In this document: positions 52,701 to 64,000 of the stretch, piece after piece
Numbering within the stretch: the first letter of the stretch is position 1
How the letters are laid out: every line of letters begins with the position of its first letter
Source of the DNA: Eledone cirrhosa
Taxonomy: Eukaryota
NCBI GenBank assembly: GCA_964016885.1
Contig: OZ024741.1
Span: 210,800,001 to 210,864,000, forward strand
Direction of reading: 5' to 3'
DNA: 64,000 nt
Program-made: the position numbers and the translations under genes
Notes under the pieces: model-generated
What the model was told of the DNA's origin: nothing
Seen by the model: the letters and a program-made list of their open reading frames with translations, nothing else
Database searches by the model: none

Positions 52701-55700
52701 TCAGTTCACTGTCTCAGCCACAGTCCACTGTCTCTATCTCGGTCCACCTATCTCAGCCACAGTCCACTGTCTCAGCCACAGTCCACTGTCTCAGCCACAG
52801 TCCACTGTCTCAGCTACAGTCCACTGTCTCAGCCACAGTCCACTGTCTCAGCCTCAGTCCACTGTCTCAGCCACAGTCCACTTATCTCAGCCTCAGTCCA
52901 CTGTCTCAGTCTCAGTCCACCTATCTCAGCCACAGTCCACTTATCTCAGCCACAGTCCACTGTCTCAGCCTCAGTCCACTGTCTCAGCCACAGTCCACTG
53001 TCTCAGCCACAGACCACTTATCTCAGTCTCAGTCCACCTATCTCAGCCACAGTCCACTTATCTCAGTCTCAGTCCACTGTCTCAGCCACAGTCCACTGTC
53101 TCATCCTCAGTCCACCTATCTCAGCCACAGTCCACAGTCTCAGCCTCAGTCCACCTACCTCAGCCTCAGTCCACCTATCTCAGCCACAGTCCACGTATCT
53201 CAGCCACAGTCCACTGTCTCAGCCTCAGTCCACTGTCTCAGCCACAGTCCACTGTCTCAGCCTCAATACACCTATCTCAGCCACAGTCCACTGTCTCAGC
53301 CACAGTCCACTGTCTCAGCCTCAGTCCACTGTCTCAGCCACAGTCCACCTATCTCAGCCACAGTCCACTGTCTCAGCCACAGTCCACCTATCTCAGCCTC
53401 AGTCCACTGTCTCAGTCTCAGTCCACTGTCTCAGCCACAGTCCACTGTCTCAGCCTCAGTCCACCTATCTCAGCCACAGTCCACTTATCTCAGTCTCAGT
53501 CCACTGTCTCATCCTCAGTCAACCTATCTCAGCCACAGTCCACTGTCTCAGCCTCAGTCCACTGTCTCAGCCACAGTCCACAGTCTCAGCCTCAGTCCAC
53601 CTATCTCAGTCTCAGTCCACCTATCTCAGTCTCAGTCCACCTATCTCAGCTTCAGTCCACCTATCTCAGCCACAGTCCACCAATCTCAGCCTCAGTCCAC
53701 TGTCTCAGTCTCAGTCCACTGTCTCAGCCACAGTCCACTGTCTCAGCCACAGACCACTTATCTCAGTCTCAGTCCACCTATCTCAGTCTCAGTCCACCTA
53801 TCTCAGCCTCAGTCCACCTATCTCAGCCACAGTCCACCTATCTCAGCCACAGTCCACTGTCTCATCCTCAGTCAACCTATCTCAGCCACAGTCCACAGTC
53901 TCAGCCTCAGTCCACCTATCTCAGCCACAGTCTCACTGTCTCAGCCTCAGTCCACTCTCTCAGCCACAGTCCACTTATGTCAGTCTCAGTCCACTGTCTC
54001 AGCCACAGTCCACTGTCTCAGCCTCAGTCCACTGTCTCAGCCACAGTCCACAGTCTCAGCCTCAGTCCACCTATCTCAGTCTCAGTCCACCTATCTCAGT
54101 CTCAGTCCACCTATCTCAGCTTCAGTCCACCTCTCTCAGCCACAGTCCACCTATCTCAGCCTCAGTCCACTGTCTCAGTCTCAGTCCACTCTCTCAGCCA
54201 CAGTCCACTGTCTCAGCCACAGTCCACCTATCTCAGCCTCAGTCCACTGTCTCAGTCTCAGTCCACTGTCTCAGCCACAGTCCACCTATCTCAGCCACAG
54301 TCCACCTATCTCAGCCACAGACCACTTATCTCAGTCTCAGTCCACCTATCTCAGTCTCAGTCCACTGTCTCAGCCTCAGTCCACCTATCTCAGTCACAGT
54401 CCACCTATCTCAGTCTCAGTCCACTGTCTCAGCCACAGACCACTTATCTCAGTCTCAGTCCACCTATCTCAGCCTCAGTCCACTGTCTCAGCCACAGTCC
54501 ACTTATCTCAGCCTCAGTCCACTGTCTCAGTCTCAGTCCACCTACCTCAGCCACAGTCCACTGTCTCAGCCTCAGTCCACTGTCTCAGCATCAGTCCACC
54601 TATCTCAGCCTCAGTCCACTGTCTCAGCCACAGTCCACTTATCTCAGCCTCAGTCCACTGTCTCAGTCTCAGTCCACCTACCTCAGCCACAGTCCACTGT
54701 CTCAGCCTCAGTCCACTGTCTCAGCCTCAGTCCACTGTCTCAGCCTCAGTCCACCGTCTCAGCCACAGTCCACTGTCTCAGCCTCAGTCCACCTATCTCA
54801 GCCTCAGTCCACCTATCTCAGCCTCAGTCCACCGTCTCAGCCACAGTCCACTGTCTCAGCCTCAGTCCACCTATCTCAGTCTCAGTCCACTGTCTCAGCC
54901 ACAGTCCACTGTCTCAGTCTCAGTCCACTGTCTCAGCCTCAGTCCACTGTCTCAGCCTCAGTCCACTGTCTCAGTCTCAGTCCACCTTTCTCAGTCTCAG
55001 TCCACCTATCTCAGCCACAGTCCACTGCCTCAACCACAGTCCACTGTCTCAGTCTCAGTCCACCTATCTCAGTCTCAGGCCACTGTCTCAGCCACAGTCC
55101 ACTGTCTCAGCCTCAGTCCACTGTCTCAGCCTCAGTCCACCTATCTCAACCACAGTCCACTGTCTCAGCCACAGTCCACTGTCTCTGCCTCAGTCCACTG
55201 TCTCAGCCACAGTCCACTTATCTCAGTCTCAGTCCACTGTCTCAGCCACAGTCCACTGTCTCAGTCTCAGTCCACTGTCTCAACCACAGTCCACTGACTC
55301 AGCCACAGTCCACTGTCTCAGCCTCAGTACACCTATCTCTGCCACAGTCCACTGTCTCAGCCTCAGTCCACTGTCTCAGCCTCAGTCCACTGTCTCAGCC
55401 TCAGTCCACTCTCTCAGCCACAGTGCACTTATCTCAGTCTCAGTCCACTGTCTCAGCCACAGTCCACTGTCTCAGCCTCAGTCCACCTATCTCAGCCACA
55501 GTCCACTTATCTCAGTCTCAGTCCACTGTCTCATCCTCAGTCAACCTATCTCAGCCACAGTCCACTGTCTCAGGCTCAGTCCACCTATCTCAGTCTCAGT
55601 CCACCTATATCAGCTTCAGTCCACCTATCTCAGCCGCAGTCCACCTATCTCAGCCTCAGTCCACTGTCTCAGTCTCAGTCCACTGTCTCAGCCACAGTCC

Positions 55701-58700
55701 ACTGTCTCAGCCACAGTCCACCTATCTCAGCCTCAGTCCACTGTCTCAGTCTCAGTCCACTGTCTCAGCCACAGTCCACCTATCTCAGCCACAGTCCACC
55801 TATCTCAGCCACAGACCACTTATCTCAGTCTCAGTCCACCTATCTCAGTCTCAGTCCACTGTCTCAGCCTCAGTCCACCTATCTCAGTCACAGTCCACCT
55901 ATCTCAGTCTCAGTCCACTGTCTCAGCCACAGACCACTTATCTCAGTCTCAGTCCACCTATCTCAGTCTCAGTCCACCTATCTCAGCCTCAGTCCACCTA
56001 TCTCAGCCACAGTCCACCTATCTCAGCCACAGTCCACTGTCTCATCCTCAGTCAACCTATCTCAGCCACAGTCCACAGTCTCAGCCTCAGTCCACCTATC
56101 TCAGCCAGAGTCTCACTGTCTCAGCCTCAGTCCACTCTCTCAGCCACAGTCCACCTATCTCAGCCTCAGTCCACTGTCTCAGTCTCAGTCCACTGTCTCA
56201 GCCACAGTCCACTGTCTCAGCCACAGTCCACCTATCTCAGCCTCAGTCCACTGTCTCAGTCTCAGTCCACTGTCTCAGCCACAGTCCACCTATCTCAGCC
56301 ACAGTCCACCTATCTCAGCCACAGACCACTTATCTCAGTCTCAGTCCACCTATCTCAGTCTCAGTCCACTGTCTCAGCCTCAGTCCACCTATCTCAGTCA
56401 CAGTCCACCTATCTCAGTCTCAGTCCACTGTCTCAGCCACAGACCACTTATCTCAGTCTCAGTCCACCTATCTCAGTCTCAGTCCACCTATCTCAGCCTC
56501 AGTCCACCTATCTCAGCCACAGTCCACCTATCTCAGCCACAGTCCACTGTCTCATCCTCAGTCAACCTATCTCAGCCACAGTCCACAGTCTCAGCCTCAG
56601 TCCACCTATCTCAGCCACAGTCTCACTGTCTCAGCCTCAGTCCACTCTCTCAGCCACAGTCCACTTATCTCAGTCTCAGTCCACTGTCTCAGCCACAGTC
56701 CACTGTCTCAGCCTCAGTCCACCTATCTCAGCCACAGTCCACTTATCTCAGTCTCAGTCCACTGTCTCATCCTCAGTCAACCTATCTCAGCCACAGTCCA
56801 CTGTCTCAGCCTCAGTCCACTGTCTCAGCCACAGTCCACAGTCTCAGCCTCAGTCCGCCTATCTCAGTCTCAGTCCACCTATCTCAGTCTCAGTCCACCT
56901 ATCTCAGCTTCAGTCCACCTATCTCAGCCACAGTCCACCTATCTCAGCCTCAGTCCACTGTCTCAGTCTCAGTCCACTGTCTCAGCCACAGTCCACTGTC
57001 TCAGCCACAGTCCACCTATCTCAGCCTCAGTCCACTGTCTCAGTCTCAGTCCACTGTCTCAGCCACAGTCCACCTATCTCAGCCACAGTCCACCTATCTC
57101 AGCCACAGACCACTTATCTCAGTCTCAGTCCACCTATCTCAGTCTCAGTCCACTGTCTCAGCCTCAGTCCACCTATCTCAGTCACAGTCCACCTATCTCA
57201 GTCTCAGTCCACTGTCTCAGCCACAGACCACTTATCTCAGTCTCAGTCCACCTATCTCAGCCTCAGTCCACCTATCTCAGCCACAGTCCACCTATCTCAG
57301 CCACAGTGCACTGTCTCATCCTCAGTCAACCTATCTCAGCCACAGACCACAGTCTCAGCCTCAGTCCACCTATCTCAGTCTCAGTCCACCTACCTCAGCC
57401 TCAGTCCACCTATCTCAGCCATAGTCCACCTATCTCAGCCACAGTCCACTGTCTCATCCTCAGTCAACCTATCTCAGCCTCAGTCCACTGTCTCAGTCTC
57501 AGTCCACTGTCTCAGCCACAGTCCACTGTCTCAGCCTCAGTACACCTATCTCAGCCACAGTCCACTGTCTCAGCCTCAGTACACCTATCTCAGTCTCAGT
57601 CCACTGTCTCAGCCACAGTCCACTGTCTCAGCCACAATCCACCTAACTCAGCCAGAGTCCACTGTCTCAGCCACAGTCCACTGTCTCAGCCTCAGTCCAC
57701 TGTGTCAGCCTCAGTCCACCTATCTCAGCCACAGTCCACCTATCTCAGCCACAGTCCACTGTCTCAGCCTCAGTCCACCTATCTCAGCCACAGTCCACCT
57801 ATCTCAGTCTCAGTCCACCTACCTCAGCCTCAGTCCACCTATCTCAGCCACAGTCCACGTATCTCAGCCACAGTCCACTATCTCAGCCTCAGTCCACTGT
57901 TATCAGTCTCAGTCCACAGTCTCAGCCACAGTCCACTGTCTCAGCCACAGTCCACCTATCTCAGCCACAGTCCACTGTCTCAGCTTCAGTCCACCTATCT
58001 CAGCCACAGTCCACCTATCTCAGCCACAGTCCACTGTCTCAGCCTCAGTCCACCTATCTCAGCCACAGTCCACCTATCTCAGCCACAGTCCACTGTCTCA
58101 GCCACAGTCCATTGTCTCAGCCTCAGTCCACTGTCTCAGCCTCAGTACACCTATCTCAGCCACAGTCCACTGTCTCAGCCTCAGTCCACCTATCTCAGCC
58201 ACAGTCCACCTATCTCAGCGACAGTCCACTGTCTCAGCCACAGTCCACTGTCTCAGCCTCAGTCCACTGTCTCAGCCTCAGTCCACCTATCTCAGCCACA
58301 GTCCACTGTCTCAGCCACAGTCCACTGTCTCAGCCTCAGTTCACTGTCTCAGCCACAGTCCACTGTCTCAGCTACAGTCCACTGTCTGAGCCACAGTCCA
58401 TTGTCTCAGCCTCAGTCCACTGTCTCAGCCTCAGTACACCTATCTCAGCCACAGTCCACTGTCTCAGCCTCAGTCCACCTATCTCAGCCACAGTCCACCT
58501 ATCTCAGCCACAGTCCACTGTCTCAGCCACAGTCCATTGTCTCAGCCTCAGTCCACTGTCTCATCCTCAGTACACCTATCACAGCCACAGTCCACTGTCT
58601 CAGCCTCAGTCCACCTATCTCAGCCACAGTCCACCTATCTCAGCCACAGTCCACTGTCTCAGCCACAGTCCATTGTCTCAGCCTCAGTCCACCGTCTCAG

Positions 58701-60900
58701 CCTCAGTACACCTATCTCAGCCACAGTCCACTGTCTCAGCCACAATCCACCTATCTCAGCCAGAGTCCACCGTCTCAGCCACAGTCCACTGTCTCAGCCA
58801 CAGTCCACTGTCTCAGTCTCATTCCACTGTCTCAGCCTCAGTCCACCTATCTCAGTCTCAGTCCACTGTCTCTGCCTCAGTCCACCTATCTCAGTCACAG
58901 TCCACTGTCTCAGCCACAGTCCACTGTCTCAGCCACAGTCCACCTATCTCAGCCACAGTCCACCTATCTCAGCCACAGTCCACTTATCTCAGTCTCAGTC
59001 CACTGTCTCAGCCACAGTCCACTGTCTCAGCCTCAGTCCACTGTCTTAGCCTCAGTCCACCTATCTCAGTCTCAGTTCACTGTCTCAGCCACAGTCCACT
59101 GTCTCTATCTCGGTCCACCTATCTCAGCCACAGTCCACTGTCTCAGCCACAGTCCACTGTCTCAGCCACAGTCCACTGTCTCAGCTACAGTCCACTGTCT
59201 CAGCCACAGTCCACTGTCTCAGCCTCAGTCCACTGTCTCAGCCACAGTCCACTTATCTCAGCCTCAGTCCACTGTCTCAGTCTCAGTCCACCTATCTCAG
59301 CCACAGTCCACTTATCTCAGCCACAGTCCACTGTCTCAGCCTCAGTCCACTGTCTCAGCCACAGTCCACTGTCTCAGCCACAGACCACTTATCTCAGTCT
59401 CAGTCCACCTATCTCAGCCACAGTCCACTTATCTCAGTCTCAGTCCACTGTCTCAGCCACAGTCCACTGTCTCATCCTCAGTCCACCTATCTCAGCCACA
59501 GTCCACAGTCTCAGCCTCAGTCCACCTACCTCAGCCTCAGTCCACCTATCTCAGCCACAGTCCACGTATCTCAGCCACAGTCCACTGTCTCAGCCTCAGT
59601 CCACTGTCTCAGCCACAGTCCACTGTCTCAGCCTCAATACACCTATCTCAGCCACAGTCCACTGTCTCAGCCACAGTCCACTGTCTCAGCCTCAGTCCAC
59701 TGTCTCAGCCACAGTCCACCTATCTCAGCCACAGTCCACTGTCTCAGCCACAGTCCACCTATCTCAGCCTCAGTCCACTGTCTCAGTCTCAGTCCACTGT
59801 CTCAGCCACAGTCCACTGTCTCAGCCTCAGTCCACCTATCTCAGCCACAGTCCACTTATCTCAGTCTCAGTCCACTGTCTCATCCTCAGTCAACCTATCT
59901 CAGCCACAGTCCACTGTCTCAGCCTCAGTCCACTGTCTCAGCCACAGTCCACAGTCTCAGCCTCAGTCCACCTATCACAGTCTCAGTCCACCTATCTCAG
60001 TCTCAGTCCACCTATCTCAGCTTCAGTCCACCTATCTCAGCCACAGTCCACCAATCTCAGCCTCAGTCCACTGTCTCAGTCTCAGTCCACTGTCTCAGCC
60101 ACAGTCCACTGTCTCAGCCACAGACCACTTATCTCAGTCTCAGTCCACCTATCTCAGTCTCAGTCCACCTATCTCAGCCTCAGTCCACCTATCTCAGCCA
60201 CAGTCCACCTATCTCAGCCACAGTCCACTGTCTCATCCTCAGTCAACCTATCTCAGCCACAGTCCACAGTCTCAGCCTCAGTCCACCTATCTCAGCCACA
60301 GTCTCACTGTCTCAGCCTCAGTCCACTCTCTCAGCCACAGTCCACTTATGTCAGTCTCAGTCCACTGTCTCAGCCACAGTCCACTGTCTCAGCCTCAGTC
60401 CACTGTCTCAGCCACAGTCCACAGTCTCAGCCTCAGTCCACCTATCTCAGTCTCAGTCCACCTATCTCAGTCTCAGTCCACCTATCTCAGCTTCAGTCCA
60501 CCTCTCTCAGCCACAGTCCACCTATCTCAGCCTCAGTCCACTGTCTCAGTCTCAGTCCACTCTCTCAGCCACAGTCCACTGTCTCAGCCACAGTCCACCT
60601 ATCTCAGCCTCAGTCCACTGTCTCAGTCTCAGTCCACTGTCTCAGCCACAGTCCACCTATCTCAGCCACAGTCCACCTATCTCAGCCACAGACCACTTAT
60701 CTCAGTCTCAGTCCACCTATCTCAGTCTCAGTCCACTGTCTCAGCCTCAGTCCACATATCTCAGTCACAGTCCACCTATCTCAGTCTCAGTCCACTGTCT
60801 CAGCCACAGACCACTTATCTCAGTCTCAGTCCACCTATCTCAGCCTCAGTCCACCTATCTCAGCCACAGTCCACCTATCTCAGCCACAGTCCACTGTCTC
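43760..60900 (+). repeat. ~6370-bp unit series containing a 4443-bp tandem duplication (~48120-52562 / ~52563-57005)
   Basis: CAGCATCAG 43773/50143/54586; GTGCACTTA 44610/50980/55423; TATCTCGG 48292/52735/59106. Confidence 0.85.
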
Positions 60901-63900
60901 ATCCTCAGTCAACCTATCTCAGCCACAGTCCACAGTCTCAGCCTCAGTCCACCTATCTCAGTCTCAGTCCACCTACCTCAGCCTCAGTCCACCTATCTCA
61001 GCCATAGTCCACCTATCTCAGCCACAGTCCACTGTCTCATCCTCAGTCAACCTATCTCAGCCACAGTCCACAGTCTCAGCCTCAGTCCACTGTCTCAGTC
61101 TCAGTCCACTGTCTCAGCCACAGTCCACTGTCTCAGCCTCAGTACACCTATCTCAGCCACAGTCCACTGTCTCAGCCTCAGTACACCTATTTCAGTCTCA
61201 GTCCACTGTCTCAGCCACAGTCCGCTGTCTCAGCCACAATCCACCTAACTCAGCCAGAGTCCACTGTCTCAGCCACAGTCCACTGTCTCAGCCTCAGTCC
61301 ACCTATCTCAGCCACAGTCCACTGTCTCAGCCACAGTCCACTGTCTCAGCCTCAGTTCACTGTCTCAGCCACAGTCCACTGTCTCAGCTACAGTCCACTG
61401 TCTGAGCCACAGTCCATTGTCTCAGCCTCAGTCCACTGTCTCAGCCTCAGTACACCTATCTCAGCCACAGTCCACTGTCTCAGCCTCAGTCCACCTATCT
61501 CAGCCACAGTCCACCTATCTCAGCCACAGTCCACTGTCTCAGCCACAGTCCATTGTCTCAGCCTCAGTCCACTGTCTCATCCTCAGTACACCTATCACAG
61601 CCACAGTCCACTGTCTCAGCCTCAGTCCACCTATCTCAGCCACAGTCCACCTATCTCAGCCACAGTCCACTGTCTCAGCCACAGTCCATTGTCTCAGCCT
61701 CAGTCCACCGTCTCAGCCTCAGTACACCTATCTCAGCCACAGTCCACTGTCTCAGCCACAATCCACCTATCTCAGCCAGAGTCCACCGTCTCAGCCACAG
61801 TCCACTGTCTCAGCCACAGTCCACTGTCTCAGTCTCATTCCACTGTCTCAGCCTCAGTCCACCTATCTCAGTCTCAGTCCACTGTCTCTGCCTCAGTCCA
61901 CCTATCTCAGTCACAGTCCACTGTCTCAGCCACAGTCCACTGTCTCAGCCACAGTCCACCTATCTCAGCCACAGTCCACCTATCTCAGCCACAGTCCACT
62001 TATCTCAGTCTCAGTCCACTGTCTCAGCCACAGTCCACTGTCTCAGCCTCAGTCCACTGTCTTAGCCTCAGTCCACCTATCTCAGTCTCAGTTCACTGTC
62101 TCAGCCACAGTCCACTGTCTCTATCTCGGTCCACCTATCTCAGCCACAGTCCACTGTCTCAGCCACAGTCCACTGTCTCAGCCACAGTCCACTGTCTCAG
62201 CTACAGTCCACTGTCTCAGCCACAGTCCACTGTCTCAGCCTCAGTCCACTGTCTCAGCCACAGTCCACTTATCTCAGCCTCAGTCCACTGTCTCAGTCTC
62301 AGTCCACCTATCTCAGCCACAGTCCACTTATCTCAGCCACAGTCCACTGTCTCAGCCTCAGTCCACTGTCTCAGCCACAGTCCACTGTCTCAGCCACAGA
62401 CCACTTATCTCAGTCTCAGTCCACCTATCTCAGCCACAGTCCACTTATCTCAGTCTCAGTCCACTGTCTCAGCCACAGTCCACTGTCTCATCCTCAGTCC
62501 ACCTATCTCAGCCACAGTCCACAGTCTCAGCCTCAGTCCACCTACCTCAGCCTCAGTCCACCTATCTCAGCCACAGTCCACGTATCTCAGCCACAGTCCA
62601 CTGTCTCAGCCTCAGTCCACTGTCTCAGCCACAGTCCACTGTCTCAGCCTCAATACACCTATCTCAGCCACAGTCCACTGTCTCAGCCACAGTCCACTGT
62701 CTCAGCCTCAGTCCACTGTCTCAGCCACAGTCCACCTATCTCAGCCACAGTCCACTGTCTCAGCCACAGTCCACCTATCTCAGCCTCAGTCCACTGTCTC
62801 AGTCTCAGTCCACTGTCTCAGCCACAGTCCACTGTCTCAGCCTCAGTCCACCTATCTCAGCCACAGTCCACTTATCTCAGTCTCAGTCCACTGTCTCATC
62901 CTCAGTCAACCTATCTCAGCCACAGTCCACTGTCTCAGCCTCAGTCCACTGTCTCAGCCACAGTCCACAGTCTCAGCCTCAGTCCACCTATCACAGTCTC
63001 AGTCCACCTATCTCAGTCTCAGTCCACCTATCTCAGCTTCAGTCCACCTATCTCAGCCACAGTCCACCAATCTCAGCCTCAGTCCACTGTCTCAGTCTCA
63101 GTCCACTGTCTCAGCCACAGTCCACTGTCTCAGCCACAGACCACTTATCTCAGTCTCAGTCCACCTATCTCAGTCTCAGTCCACCTATCTCAGCCTCAGT
63201 CCACCTATCTCAGCCACAGTCCACCTATCTCAGCCACAGTCCACTGTCTCATCCTCAGTCAACCTATCTCAGCCACAGTCCACAGTCTCAGCCTCAGTCC
63301 ACCTATCTCAGCCACAGTCTCACTGTCTCAGCCTCAGTCCACTCTCTCAGCCACAGTCCACTTATGTCAGTCTCAGTCCACTGTCTCAGCCACAGTCCAC
63401 TGTCTCAGCCTCAGTCCACTGTCTCAGCCACAGTCCACAGTCTCAGCCTCAGTCCACCTATCTCAGTCTCAGTCCACCTATCTCAGTCTCAGTCCACCTA
63501 TCTCAGCTTCAGTCCACCTCTCTCAGCCACAGTCCACCTATCTCAGCCTCAGTCCACTGTCTCAGTCTCAGTCCACTCTCTCAGCCACAGTCCACTGTCT
63601 CAGCCACAGTCCACCTATCTCAGCCTCAGTCCACTGTCTCAGTCTCAGTCCACTGTCTCAGCCACAGTCCACCTATCTCAGCCACAGTCCACCTATCTCA
63701 GCCACAGACCACTTATCTCAGTCTCAGTCCACCTATCTCAGTCTCAGTCCACTGTCTCAGCCTCAGTCCACCTATCTCAGTCACAGTCCACCTATCTCAG
63801 TCTCAGTCCACTGTCTCAGCCACAGACCACTTATCTCAGTCTCAGTCCACCTATCTCAGCCTCAGTCCACCTATCTCAGCCACAGTCCACCTATCTCAGC

Positions 63901-64000
63901 CACAGTCCACTGTCTCATCCTCAGTCAACCTATCTCAGCCACAGTCCACAGTCTCAGCCTCAGTCCACCTATCTCAGTCTCAGTCCACCTACCTCAGCCT
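58260..64000 (+). repeat. Tandem duplication, 3016-bp offset, second copy cut by the window end
   Basis: TATCTCGG 59106/62122; private CCTATCACAGTCTCAG 59971/62987; ORF copies 58537/61553. Confidence 0.88.

Larger units (their letters stand above)
1..64000 (+). repeat. Tandem satellite/minisatellite array of mixed 19-bp and 20-bp monomers (~3,300 units), truncated at both window edges
   Basis: The sequence parses throughout as TCTCAGCCACAGTCCACTG (19 bp) or TCTCAGCCACAGTCCACCTA (20 bp), with the middle hexamer varying among CCACAG/CCTCAG/TCTCAG. Single orientation; no non-repeat sequence seen. Unit count is 64000/~19.5. Confidence 0.99.
17281..64000 (+). repeat. Array domain B (20-mer-richer, more variant-rich subfamily)
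   Basis: Diagnostic variants CCACTTA, TCTCATCCTCAGTCAACCTA, GACCACTTA, frequent GTACACCTA, CCACAG tails, CCTACCTCAG and AATCCACCTAACTCAGCCAGAG. The first of them appears at ~17295-17320. Confidence 0.9.

Noticed and set aside
8275-62065. Giant + strand ORFs (up to 5465 aa, Ser/Pro/Gln/Thr/His-rich, mucin-like)
   Set aside because: They overlap in all three frames. Units of 19/20 bp do not preserve frame, and starts and stops come from sporadic repeat variants (mostly GTG/TTG starts). There is no signal peptide, domain or non-repeat sequence.
1-64000. CRISPR array or variable-cassette system
   Set aside because: No unique spacers, leader, cas, recombinase or reverse transcriptase gene; units abut directly.
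1-64000. Telomerase-synthesised telomeric repeat with a G-rich minus strand
   Set aside because: No match to telomere motifs I know. kb-scale copying of private variants indicates recombination or duplication rather than templated addition.
1-64000. G-quadruplex/i-motif or Chi (GCTGGTGG) array
   Set aside because: G-tracts on the minus strand are almost all GG only, and Chi similarity is limited to GGTGG/GTGG.
1-64000. Nucleosome-length or helical phasing signal
   Set aside because: The mean unit of ~19.5 bp is not two helical turns, there are no A-tracts, and HOR lengths (136, 193, 510, 538) share no common nucleosomal period.
1-64000. Purely synthetic or sequencing-artefact concatemer
   Set aside because: Hierarchically shared rare variants and nested duplications fit natural evolution. 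Individual duplications still need read validation.

Overview
The whole 64 kb window is one uninterrupted, head-to-tail tandem repeat array (satellite/giant minisatellite) that runs off both ends. It mixes two monomer classes, a 19-mer TCTCAG-(CCACAG/CCTCAG/TCTCAG)-TCCACTG and a 20-mer TCTCAG-(CCACAG/CCTCAG/TCTCAG)-TCCACCTA, all in one orientation. I saw no unique sequence, genes, RNA genes, transposon insertions or CRISPR spacers. The very long + strand ORFs are artefacts: the consensus has no stop codon in any + frame. The real structure is in the order of variant monomers. There is a sharp switch of subfamily at ~17.3 kb, nested higher-order repeats (136, 193, 510 and 538 bp) and kb-scale duplications (1546, 1976, 2778, 2956, 3016, 3042, 4443, 5140 and 6370 bp offsets) that can be ordered by private variants. 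I found no support for a novel protein-coding system. I do not recognise the repeat family and cannot name the host; a eukaryote is inferred from array size and organisation. Offsets were counted by hand from marker variants and block boundaries are approximate.
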